From an uncultured archaeon (lineage in GTDB: Archaea > Thermoplasmatota > Penumbrarchaeia > JASLWR01): a DNA stretch of 64,000 nt. Of this stretch, positions 46,896 to 56,409 are shown piece after piece. The first letter of the stretch is position 1. Each line of letters begins with the position of its first letter. The DNA is taken from positions 14,657-78,656 of the forward strand of contig CAYRFL010000002.1 of the NCBI GenBank assembly GCA_964423515.1. The letters run 5' to 3'. Under the pieces are notes generated by a model, which saw only the letters and a program-made list of their open reading frames with translations, was not told the DNA's origin and searched no databases. The position numbers and the translations under genes were made by a program.

Positions 46896-48089
46896 ATGAT
46901 GACGAGAGATCCAACAGCTTTTTTGAAGGAAGAGTATCAGGCATTGGTTGACAAAGGCTTCAACTGGGACCTTCGAACACTGGTGGGAGGCTCGACCCCC
47001 CGCTGCACGGTGGATGGAAAGGAGATGATAATGCTCTGTTCCAACAATTACCTCAACCTGAGCAATCATCCGAGGCTGATAAAGGCCGCAAGGGACATAC
47101 TCGATACCCACGGGGCCGGGTCCGGGTCCGTGAGGGCCATAGCCGGAAACATGGACATCCACACGAAGGCGGAGAAAAAACTGGCCGAATTCAAGGACCG
47201 GGAGGCCACGCTCATCTATCAGACCGGTTTCGCCGTGAACGCCGGCCTTATCCCACAGCTCGCACCGGCCAAGGAGGACGTGATCATCTCAGACGAGCTC
47301 AATCACGGCTCAATCATCGACGGCGTGAGGCTCTCGAAGGCCGGAAGGGACGTTTACAAGCACAAGAACATGGGGGAACTGGAAAGGGTTCTACAGAAGG
47401 CCGATCGGGAGGGAAGGCGCAGGATACTGGTGGTGACGGACGGTGTTTTCTCCATGGACGGAGACGTCGCACCCATGGACAAGATATGCGAACTGGCAGA
47501 GGAATACGGGGCCATGACCTACGTTGACGACGCTCACGGAGAGGGAGTTCTCGGACATCACGGAAAGGGCATAGGACATCACTTCCACGTACAGGATAAA
47601 ATAGACGTGGAGATGGGAACCTTCTCCAAGGCCTTCGGCGTGGTGGGGGGACTCGTTGCCGGCACCCAGGACCTCATCAATTTCGCATACAACAAGTCCC
47701 GGACCTGGCTTCTCTCCGGTTCACACCCCCCCCAGGTCGCCGCAGCCCAGCTTGCAGCCGTGGAGGTGCTCTCCGAGGAGCCCGAGCACTGGGAAAGGCT
47801 GTGGGAGAACACCAATTACTTCAAGAAGGAATTGAACGGCATGGGCTTCGATACGGGCGAGTCCGAGACCCCGATAACCCCGGTTATCTGCGGGGAGTCC
47901 CATAAGGCCAAGGCACTGTCCACGAGGATAATGGAGATGGGCGTGTTCGGTCTTCCCATAGTGTTTCCCATGGTGGCAAGGGACAAGGCCAGGATAAGGA
48001 CCATGATGAACGCCGGCCTTACCAACGAAGACCTGGACGAGGCCCTTTCGGCCTTCGAGAAGGCGGGCAGGGAACTGGACATTATCTGA
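46896..48089 (+). CDS. kbl: Glycine C-acetyltransferase (2-amino-3-ketobutyrate CoA ligase)
   Basis: CSNNYLNL, SDELNHGSIIDGVRL, TDGVFSMDG, VDDAHG, GTFSKAFG; GGAG RBS. Confidence 0.9.
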   Translation: MMTRDPTAFLKEEYQALVDKGFNWDLRTLVGGSTPRCTVDGKEMIMLCSNNYLNLSNHPRLIKAARDILDTHGAGSGSVRAIAGNMDIHTKAEKKLAEFKDREATLIYQTGFAVNAGLIPQLAPAKEDVIISDELNHGSIIDGVRLSKAGRDVYKHKNMGELERVLQKADREGRRRILVVTDGVFSMDGDVAPMDKICELAEEYGAMTYVDDAHGEGVLGHHGKGIGHHFHVQDKIDVEMGTFSKAFGVVGGLVAGTQDLINFAYNKSRTWLLSGSHPPQVAAAQLAAVEVLSEEPEHWERLWENTNYFKKELNGMGFDTGESETPITPVICGESHKAKALSTRIMEMGVFGLPIVFPMVARDKARIRTMMNAGLTNEDLDEALSAFEKAGRELDII

Positions 48090-48248
48090 ATCAGCCGTCA
48101 GGGTTCCTTCAAGGACGAGCCTGCGATTGCTCGGGAAGGGGGCAGTAACGGTTTACCCGACGTTCGCCGAACGTATCATATCGATAGGTGTATTCCCAGG
48201 TTGATGGTCCGAGAGCCAATATGATTAACACCAAGGGAAACCTGAGAA

Positions 48249-49025
48249 TCAATCCTCTGTATTCACATCCAGCATTGTGATCTCGAATATCAGGGCCTTC
48301 CCGTCAACGTGTTTCGGGTCATCCTTCCCGTAGCCCTTCTCCGGGGGAACGGCGACCACCTTGGTCTGCCCCACCCTCATACCCTTCACGGCTTCCCCGA
48401 ATCCCACAATAACGCTTCTTGCTTCGAACTCGCTTCCCTGGTTGTGGTACCAGCCCGGATTCCCTCCTTCCGCTCCGCCCCCGTAATAGACAAGGTTGTA
48501 GTCCACCTTGGCAGGATGCCGATCGAGGTCGGCCTTTGCCCCTGAGAAGGTCACCACCTCGTTCTTCGCTATGATGCTGTCCGATTTGGTCGGATCGCCC
48601 TTTGACGTGGCTGTTATCGTTATCTCCTGATACGTGTCGGACGCACTGAATTTAAGCCGTATGGTCACGGCCTTGTACATCCATTCTCCCTTGGGAACAT
48701 CCGTGCACTCCGCACCGTCGTCGAAGGTCACGGTCCAATTGGATGGTGCGTTCGATGTGAATCCAAAGGTATCCGTGACATTCCCTCTGTTCTTCACCAG
48801 AAGCAGGTACTGGGTTCCCACGGTGGGATCCACCTTGTGAGTGCTGTGATTGAAGGGTTTGTGATTTCCTTCGCCATCTGTCTTGGTGCATACCAATAGA
48901 GATACACCATATATTTTCTCGGTCACATCATCGGAAGAAGTAGGTGAATCCGTCCCATCAAGGCAACCCATGAAGATAATGACTATCAATATCGTTATCA
49001 ATCCGATTGTGATTGGTTTCTCCAT
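48249..49025 (-). CDS. Lipoprotein with Ig-like domain and C-terminal FKBP-type peptidyl-prolyl isomerase
   Basis: Lipobox IFMGC; VIVGFGEAVKGMRVGQTKVVAVPPEKGYG...LIFEI. Confidence 0.8.
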   Translation of the reverse strand: MEKPITIGLITILIVIIFMGCLDGTDSPTSSDDVTEKIYGVSLLVCTKTDGEGNHKPFNHSTHKVDPTVGTQYLLLVKNRGNVTDTFGFTSNAPSNWTVTFDDGAECTDVPKGEWMYKAVTIRLKFSASDTYQEITITATSKGDPTKSDSIIAKNEVVTFSGAKADLDRHPAKVDYNLVYYGGGAEGGNPGWYHNQGSEFEARSVIVGFGEAVKGMRVGQTKVVAVPPEKGYGKDDPKHVDGKALIFEITMLDVNTED

Positions 49026-49397
49026 AACAAACCTCCTTGGAAGGTAGTTATATCAACGTGGTCGTGGTATTATAAAGTGATGGAATATCTACTCCTATAT
49101 TGTATAAACAATCAGTATTGAACAAGGACCATGAAACTCCAACGTAACGATCTCCATCGGAAAGGCGGATTTACACGATGTGACATATTTCTTTTCATGG
49201 GGCTTTTTAGGTAATCATAAAATAGAGTAAAGGAGATTGCAATATCATTATAAGGGCGGGATCCACTAAGATCCCAGGACAGATCTGGTTGTAAAAGGAT
49301 CGAGTGGGATTGGAGGAATCACTACCCTCTAGATAGAAATGCTTACACGGATGATAGCCCGGATCAAATTCGATTCGAGTATGGGAGGTGACCGGAG

Positions 49398-50783
49398 ATG
49401 GGAACTGCTGTCACGATATTGCTGCTAGTTATACTCTTCTCCCTGATAGGCGCATTTCTCGGGATTATAACCGGCCTCATTCCCGGACTCCATGTCAACA
49501 ATCTATCCATAATCCTGCTGTCCATGTCCGGGGCGATAATGGCGGGGATGACCTCCCTCCTCGGGGATCGACTCGGGGCCGTTTTCATCTCGGTTCTCCT
49601 GGCGGCGGTCGTCGTCTCGATCTCCATGTCGCATACGTTCCACGATTTCATACCCTCGACCTTCCTGGGCGCTCCCGACCCCGATACCGCCCTCAACGTT
49701 CTCCCGGCACATGACATGCTCCTTCAGGGCAAGGGCTACGAGGCCGTCAGGCTTTCTGCAATGGGCTCCATGGGCGCGGTGATGGTGGCACTGCTCCTGG
49801 TACTTCCATTCCGACTCCTGGTGGGAAGCCCGGTCATGGGCTACGAGATACTCAAGGAGTACATGATATACGTCCTCATATCCATATTCGCCATTCTCAT
49901 TATCACGGAGACCCGGGAAGTGCGGTACGGCGTGACGGGAAAAAAGAAGAGATCCCGCACTCTTGGTATATTACTCGCCCTCCTAGTGTTCTTCATGGCG
50001 GGTATATTCGGTTTCGTGGTACTCTCCATGGATTATTACAAGCCCTTCTTCTGGCCTGCCCCCTGGCTTCTCCCGGAATCAATGATGCCGCCGGCGGTGC
50101 TCTTCCCCATGCTGTCTGGTATTTTCGGTCTTTCGACCCTCCTGGACTCCCTGGGCTCGGACGAGAGCGCGCCCCCGCAGCGCATTACGAAGCCCGATGT
50201 GCCCGGAAAGGAAACTGCCAAATCCATCCTCTCGGGCACCATCGCGGGGAGCGTGGTGGGCTTCCTCCCGGGCATGACATCCGGTATCGCCACCATAATG
50301 GCCATGATATTCCGGAAGGACACGGAGAAAAAGCAGGTCATCGTCACATTGAGCGCTATCAACACAGCCAACAGTCTCTTCGTCCTTGTGGCACTCTTTC
50401 TCATACTGCGCCCCCGCTCGGGCGCTGCCATCGTGGTCAACCAGCTGATATCGGTGGAGCTGTGGGATTCCCTTCTCATGCCCGGCTCGCTCATCTATCT
50501 GCTCATGGCCGTTCTCATCTCCTCCGCCGTGGCCTTCCTTTCAACGTGTGCAATAGGGAGGATAGCAGCAAGGCATTTCCACCGGGTACCCTACAAGAAG
50601 CTCATCAAGGGCATCATCGGCTTTATAATCGTCATGGTCTTCGTCTTCACCGGCTGGATCGGTCTTTTGATTCTCGCTGTGGGAACCCTGGTCGGGATGC
50701 TGCCCATACGGCTGGGTGTGAGGCGGTCTCACGCCATGGGATGTTTGTTGTTACCGGTGATACTGCTGATAATGAGCGTTTAA
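49398..50783 (+). CDS. Tripartite tricarboxylate transporter permease (TctA/DUF112 family)
   Basis: GLIPGLHVN, HTFHDFIPSTFLGAPD, LPAH...G+GYEA, GVRRSHAMG. Confidence 0.88.
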   Translation: MGTAVTILLLVILFSLIGAFLGIITGLIPGLHVNNLSIILLSMSGAIMAGMTSLLGDRLGAVFISVLLAAVVVSISMSHTFHDFIPSTFLGAPDPDTALNVLPAHDMLLQGKGYEAVRLSAMGSMGAVMVALLLVLPFRLLVGSPVMGYEILKEYMIYVLISIFAILIITETREVRYGVTGKKKRSRTLGILLALLVFFMAGIFGFVVLSMDYYKPFFWPAPWLLPESMMPPAVLFPMLSGIFGLSTLLDSLGSDESAPPQRITKPDVPGKETAKSILSGTIAGSVVGFLPGMTSGIATIMAMIFRKDTEKKQVIVTLSAINTANSLFVLVALFLILRPRSGAAIVVNQLISVELWDSLLMPGSLIYLLMAVLISSAVAFLSTCAIGRIAARHFHRVPYKKLIKGIIGFIIVMVFVFTGWIGLLILAVGTLVGMLPIRLGVRRSHAMGCLLLPVILLIMSV

Positions 50784-51048
50784 TTCAAGTGGATCCTTGG
50801 AGAGGTTGGATCAGGGATAAGTTGTGTGGGTTTTCCGGGGTTTTAAGGTTTGGTTGTCGTCCATTTCTCATATGAGCTTTCAAACATAGTTATTCCTGGT
50901 GCGACGTCTTGAGGTAAGCAATAGAATACTGGGAAACTTCTATCCTCGATCTCCATCCGCCTTCCCCATTCATCGAAATGCGGAGAAATTAAATATAAAG
51001 GATGAAATAACTACTGTAGACTACATTGGTTCCGGATAGTGATAGCAT

Positions 51049-54000
51049 ATGAAACGAATTCTCACTTGCTTTGTTCTGTTGTGTCTGATCTTCTCGGCAT
51101 TCCTGGGTATCAAATCCCTCTATTTCCCGGCTCCCGGGAGCGCCAGATTCCATATGTCTGAATCGGATGATACGGTCGGCAACCAGGAGGTAAAAATACC
51201 CTCATCCTCACGGAACGGTGACGTCATCAAGGTCATGTTCGACGACGCACATCTGCCTGCATTCTCCGTGGATCCCGCCAACGAGGCGGACGACGTCCAC
51301 GGGTGGTTCGGATCGGGCGAGGGAGGGCACAGCAGTTTCGCGGACGTCCTGAGGGACCCCGCCGGCATGGAAGCATCCCATCCCGGGCACACTTTCGAGA
51401 CGGAGAACACCTATGAGATCGTCCTTCTGAACGAGGGAGAGAAGATAACGAAGGAAGCGCTGGAAGATATCGACGTTCTGGTGGTTCCCATGACCTTCAA
51501 CGGCCGCTACCAGACGTCGGAGATCGACGAGATAGAACAATTCGTCAAGAGCGGTGGCGGACTTCTCCTCATAGCGGACCATTCCAGCTTCCCGGTACAG
51601 ATGGACGAGATCGCCCTCCGGTTCTTCGTCAGGTGGGGCAACAACGTTGTAACTGATGTCAACGATTACACGGGGCCTCACAATTACTGGATAGTGTACG
51701 AGGACAATGGAGTTCCGGGTGACGACAACATGCCCACCAACGACGTTCCCAACTTCGAGGACGATCCCGACCGAATATTCATGATCACGCAGAATGCACC
51801 CACGGTCCAGTATTACTGCTCCAATGCTTATACCCTGGAGAACCCCACCGAATCGCGCAAGATCATAATCACGGATACCGACGGCTCCAGCAATTATAAC
51901 GGGGAGCCCGCCTGCCTTGCCATACCCAACGGTAACTGTACCGGGGCGGGTCGCGCGGTCTTCATACCGGACTGCAACGTGTTCGGGGACAGCTACGACT
52001 GCGACGAGGACGGCAAGGTGGACTTCTGGGACGAGCACAACGCGGAATTCGGTCTGGGCATAATAGACTGGCTGGCGCCGCGGGCCTACGAGGTGGCGCT
52101 CATATCGGGAGAGAAGGACCCCCACACGGGTCTGCCCAAGCCCCTGGTGCACATTTACGAACCGGGAGAGAGACACACCTTCGAGATAGAGGTATGGAAC
52201 CTGGGACTGAGAAACGACGTCATAGAGCTGGAGATCCCGGAAATGCCGGAGAACTGGTCGGCACAGCTGGATATCGAGGAGACCGAGGAGCTCGAGACCA
52301 GGGAGTTCGAACTGGTCTATCTCACGGTAACGGCACCGCTGACCAACGTGACCGACGGGGATTATGCCCTGATCAACGTGACCGCCACCTCCTCCAACGA
52401 CCCCGAGAACGCAACGGCGAAGATCACCTCCACCAACGTGATAACGGTTGACATCGGCTTCAACGTGAACTGGGCCGTCCAACCGGATGTCAATGACGAG
52501 AAGAGGCTCGTACTGGACCCGGGAAAGGTCACAGTCACCACCCTTGGGATAAACAACATAGGCAATATCAACGATACCTACAGCATCACCCTTAAAGGCA
52601 TACCCGGCGGCTGGGAGGTCTCGCCCGATTTGACCCTTCATCCGGAGTGGAGCTATGATGAAGAGAAGAAATGCCTGAGCGGGATACATCTCTCGTCCTA
52701 TCATTTCGAAGAGAACACCACGGGTATCAGCTTCCTTTTCACGCCTCCCCTGGATGCAAAAGAGGGAGATACCGCCATCGTCACCGCAATAGGGGAATCA
52801 TACCTTTCCATCCTCACGGAGCAGGATGCCCGGGGTAAGCACGACGACGACGTCATCCTCGAGGTTAGCGCCAACAGGGCCATGGAGATATCATGCTCGG
52901 AGCCCCTCAAGTACATCGATCCCGGAAAAACAGTGAGCTTCCTCGTATCGGTGCAGAACAACGGGAACAGCCGCGAGCAGGTCCAGATAGAACTCGGGCC
53001 CATGATCCCGGGTTGGACCGCCACAGTGGACTCGCCCACTGTGATCCTTCAGGCCCGCCAGAAGAAGACGGTGACGGTGACCATGTGGGCCCCGGAGGAT
53101 GCGCTTGAGGGTTCCCGTGCCGTGCTGGAGGTCTCCGTGGAGCTGCCCTCGGTGGGAAAAGTGGTGGATTCACTGGCCCTGACCGCCATCGTAAACCGCT
53201 ACTGCCAGATCAACGCCAGCCTCCTCGACGACGAGTTCCATTTCGTGGACCCCGGTGAAAAGGTATCACTGAACATTTCCATCGGTAATCCCGGGAACGG
53301 CCCCACGTCGGCGTTCCTGACCATGGCCAACCTTCCCTCGGGCTGGGATTTCGAGTTCCTGCTTATGGGCCAGCCCGTCACGAACAAGAACCTGGAAGCA
53401 GGGGATAACTATCAGATCCGCCTGGACATATCCGTTCCCCACGATGCCCTGGCCGATGCCGATCCGGACTCACCCGGATTCGATCCCTACTCCCTTCTCA
53501 TCAACGTCAGCGGGGAGGAGAACCACATCGCGCTGCCTCTGTCGTTCATGGTGAACAGGAAGGCCGCCATCAGCGTTTTCACAGGTGACGACCTCGAAAT
53601 AACCGAGCCCGGTTCCTGGGCCGTGTTCTACGTCTGCGTCAAGAACGAGGGTAACGCCTGGGACGAGATTCTCGTTAGCCTCGACGATATACCGGTGGAC
53701 GAAGAGGGCAGCAGCGGCCTTGCGAAGGAATGGGAGGTCTTCTTCACGTCGGTGGCCCTCATCGAACAGGCATCGGGAGTTGCCGAATTCTCCAGGGCCG
53801 ACTTCTCCAGATTGATCGATACGTCCCCGCTCACGGCCGACATGGGCTTCGAACCCAACAATTCCCATTCTGATCTTGTGAACATCAGGGAGCTGACGCT
53901 ACGATTGCCGATAGGGGGGATTGCCTGGGTCGGGATCACCGCCGAGGTTCCCCATTATGCCGCATCCAGGGATACCAGCTTCAATATCTCATCCGAATGT

Positions 54001-54507
54001 CTCTCCTCAGCGAAGGTCAGGCCCCCGCCCATAGAGTGCAGGGTGAGCATCAGGAACGCGGACCTGGGAATATCGGGGGGCATCAGCCTTTCCGCCCCTG
54101 CAAAGGCCGGAGAGCTTATATCGGTCATGGTGCACATCAAGAATGTGGGGGATATCAGGGCCGAGAACGTTCAGCTGCGCCTTTACGAGGACGACGCCGT
54201 GATAGCTACCATGCCCATACGCACCATACTTGCCGGGAAGACCCAGTTCGTGGCCTTCACGTGGAAGGTACCGAACAAGGACAGCTGCAAGCTGAAGGTC
54301 GTCATAGATCCGGACCATCACATTGCTGAGAAGAGCCGTCATAACAACAAGGCCGAGACCGACGTTAATATATCGGGCTCATCCATTCTTTTCTCCCTGG
54401 GTTATGAAGGGATCCTGTGGGGGGTCCTGGGGGCGATAATACTGGCCCTTCTTGCCCTTGGGATCAACATGTTCCTGAGGCGTCGGAGATTCAGGAGGTC
54501 CCTGTAG
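51049..54507 (+). CDS. Surface protein: class I GATase-like (DUF4350-like) head, NEW3-like Ig stalk, CARDB, TM
   Basis: VMFDDAH...DVLVV...EIEQFVKSGGGLLLIADH...GRAVFIPD; NxGN Ig repeats; IDPDHHIAEKSRHNN. Confidence 0.8.
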   Translation: MKRILTCFVLLCLIFSAFLGIKSLYFPAPGSARFHMSESDDTVGNQEVKIPSSSRNGDVIKVMFDDAHLPAFSVDPANEADDVHGWFGSGEGGHSSFADVLRDPAGMEASHPGHTFETENTYEIVLLNEGEKITKEALEDIDVLVVPMTFNGRYQTSEIDEIEQFVKSGGGLLLIADHSSFPVQMDEIALRFFVRWGNNVVTDVNDYTGPHNYWIVYEDNGVPGDDNMPTNDVPNFEDDPDRIFMITQNAPTVQYYCSNAYTLENPTESRKIIITDTDGSSNYNGEPACLAIPNGNCTGAGRAVFIPDCNVFGDSYDCDEDGKVDFWDEHNAEFGLGIIDWLAPRAYEVALISGEKDPHTGLPKPLVHIYEPGERHTFEIEVWNLGLRNDVIELEIPEMPENWSAQLDIEETEELETREFELVYLTVTAPLTNVTDGDYALINVTATSSNDPENATAKITSTNVITVDIGFNVNWAVQPDVNDEKRLVLDPGKVTVTTLGINNIGNINDTYSITLKGIPGGWEVSPDLTLHPEWSYDEEKKCLSGIHLSSYHFEENTTGISFLFTPPLDAKEGDTAIVTAIGESYLSILTEQDARGKHDDDVILEVSANRAMEISCSEPLKYIDPGKTVSFLVSVQNNGNSREQVQIELGPMIPGWTATVDSPTVILQARQKKTVTVTMWAPEDALEGSRAVLEVSVELPSVGKVVDSLALTAIVNRYCQINASLLDDEFHFVDPGEKVSLNISIGNPGNGPTSAFLTMANLPSGWDFEFLLMGQPVTNKNLEAGDNYQIRLDISVPHDALADADPDSPGFDPYSLLINVSGEENHIALPLSFMVNRKAAISVFTGDDLEITEPGSWAVFYVCVKNEGNAWDEILVSLDDIPVDEEGSSGLAKEWEVFFTSVALIEQASGVAEFSRADFSRLIDTSPLTADMGFEPNNSHSDLVNIRELTLRLPIGGIAWVGITAEVPHYAASRDTSFNISSECLSSAKVRPPPIECRVSIRNADLGISGGISLSAPAKAGELISVMVHIKNVGDIRAENVQLRLYEDDAVIATMPIRTILAGKTQFVAFTWKVPNKDSCKLKVVIDPDHHIAEKSRHNNKAETDVNISGSSILFSLGYEGILWGVLGAIILALLALGINMFLRRRRFRRSL

Positions 54508-54605
54508 CATGGTATATAAAGCGCAAGGGAACTGGATGATTTGAATTTCCTAAAAGATAAAAAATAATATATACCCTCCCATCGAATAGATAACAAGGTG
54601 ACGCT

Positions 54606-54839
54606 ATGGCCATTGGATACGTTTTGATAAGCACTGCTCCGGCAAAGGAGCACGACGTCTACAACCAGCTCAAGGAACTTCCGGACATCATAGAGCTTCA
54701 TCCTCTGTTCGGCGAATACGATCTCATTGCAAAGCTCGAAACGGAGGATTTCAACGAACTTGGCAGGATCGTGGTCGATGGGATCCGGTCCATCGAAGGG
54801 GTCATAGATACCAAGACCCTGACCGGTATCAAGTTCTGA
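54606..54839 (+). CDS. Stand-alone Lrp/AsnC ligand-binding (RAM) domain protein
   Basis: GYVLI...LFGEYDLIAK...IRSIEGVIDTKTL. Confidence 0.9.
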   Translation: MAIGYVLISTAPAKEHDVYNQLKELPDIIELHPLFGEYDLIAKLETEDFNELGRIVVDGIRSIEGVIDTKTLTGIKF

Positions 54840-55035
54840 TGGTATCACGCCAGGGGGATCTTCTCGCCAGGTTCTTCCGATACAGGCGACCCTGACGGTC
54901 CACCAGGCCATCGATTCGAACCAGATTGATTCGGCTATACACGGTAAGTCCGTGGATTGCGCGTGGTAGAACGAAAAACAAAGTTAATATATAGTATCAA
55001 TCATTACCGGGTCTGTTACTAATTGGAGGAATAGA

Positions 55036-55332
55036 ATGTCCCTGTTGTCCCTGTTCATTGTGACCCTGCTTCTGTGGTTTGGCGTGATATCTCTCATCAG
55101 CGGACTTTTCGCAGCATATTTTGGTGCTGGCAAGAGCAGGACCATCGGGGTGATTCTACTGCTCTTTGGGGTCATTTTCATCGGCTTCGTCATCGCCACC
55201 CAGTTAGATGTTTCCGCCGGTCTGGGCCTCAGCAAGGTACCCCTCGGAGAACATCTCATGGGCATTCTCGGCGCTTTCGTGGGTTCCATCGTCGCCCTGT
55301 TGTTGTTCCTTTACTGCATAATGAAGGCGTGA
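55036..55332 (+). CDS. Small 3-TM hypothetical membrane protein
   Basis: Three hydrophobic helices, YFGAGKSR loop; GGAG RBS. Confidence 0.75.
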   Translation: MSLLSLFIVTLLLWFGVISLISGLFAAYFGAGKSRTIGVILLLFGVIFIGFVIATQLDVSAGLGLSKVPLGEHLMGILGAFVGSIVALLLFLYCIMKA

Positions 55333-55359
55333 ACCTTCAGATCATCCCCCCGTGATGAT

Positions 55360-56406
55360 ATGAGAATATCACAGCTCGGAGAGAAGGAACTAGTGAGAAT
55401 ATCTCGGAGCATATTCGAGAAACAGGGGCATCATGCACGGGTGGTCATCGGAATAGGGGACGATGCTGCCGCAATAGAGGCCGACGATGGTCTTATCCTG
55501 GTCTCCAGCGACATGGTCTTTTCAGCCACTCATTTCCCCGAAGGATCACCACCGGGGCTCTGCGGATGGTATGCCGCCGCCGTCAACCTGTCGGATATCG
55601 CTGCCAAGGGCGGGAAACCTACCTGCATGGTCCTCGATATCGGCCTTCCGGGGGATTTCCCTCTCCGTTGGTACGAGGAGGTCCTCGGCGGCTTTGCTGA
55701 ATGCTGTCGCCAATATCGGTTGCCCGTTGTGGGCGGCGATACGAAATCCGCTCCCGCCCTTATGATGGCTCCGACGATAATCGGACGCATCGGGAGAGGA
55801 CGGTTCATGGCACGTAAGGGGGCGGATGCGGGCGATGTGCTCTGCCATGCGGGAACCCTTGGCGGAAGCCACGGAGCACTGGTTGCGGTAAATGAATATC
55901 TCTCCCAGAGCAGTAACGTAACTGAGAATGCCGGATCCCGTTACTGGCAGGTGAACGCTGAGGATGATATCTACGGGGATTACGAGGCTCTGCTGCGTGT
56001 CAGGCCGCACATCAAGGCAGGAAGAACTCTGGCCAAGAGCGGCCGGGTGACCAGCTGCATGGACGTTTCCGACGGCCTTGCCCTTTCGATGTACGAGATG
56101 AGCGCGGCCGGCGGGATCGGGTTCCGGTTGAAGGCGGATGCCCTGCCCCTGCATGACCGTCTGTATGAAGAAGGGTTTGATGGGGAACGGGCCATGGACA
56201 CAGCCCTGTACACGGGGGGTGATTTCGGCCTCCTGTTTACCGTGAAGCCTAAGCATGCAGCAGAGCTGTTGGCCATGTTCGACGAAGGGACCTCTCGGCC
56301 GCCAGTGTCCGTCATCGGCGAGGTGGTGGAGATGGGCATAACCATCGTGATCGACGGAAAAGAAAAAAATGTGGAAAGGAGGGGATGGGAGCACCTGGTG
56401 GAATGA
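55360..56406 (+). CDS. thiL: Thiamine-monophosphate kinase
   Basis: GIGDDAA, NLSDIAAKGG, VGGDT, CMDVSDGL, GGDFGLLFT, GWEH. Confidence 0.93.
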   Translation: MRISQLGEKELVRISRSIFEKQGHHARVVIGIGDDAAAIEADDGLILVSSDMVFSATHFPEGSPPGLCGWYAAAVNLSDIAAKGGKPTCMVLDIGLPGDFPLRWYEEVLGGFAECCRQYRLPVVGGDTKSAPALMMAPTIIGRIGRGRFMARKGADAGDVLCHAGTLGGSHGALVAVNEYLSQSSNVTENAGSRYWQVNAEDDIYGDYEALLRVRPHIKAGRTLAKSGRVTSCMDVSDGLALSMYEMSAAGGIGFRLKADALPLHDRLYEEGFDGERAMDTALYTGGDFGLLFTVKPKHAAELLAMFDEGTSRPPVSVIGEVVEMGITIVIDGKEKNVERRGWEHLVE

Positions 56407-56409
56407 ACA

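Noticed and set aside
48098-48245. Imperfect inverted repeat bounding the kbl/FKBP intergenic region
   Set aside because: Short (about 12 nt with mismatches) and without a second copy.
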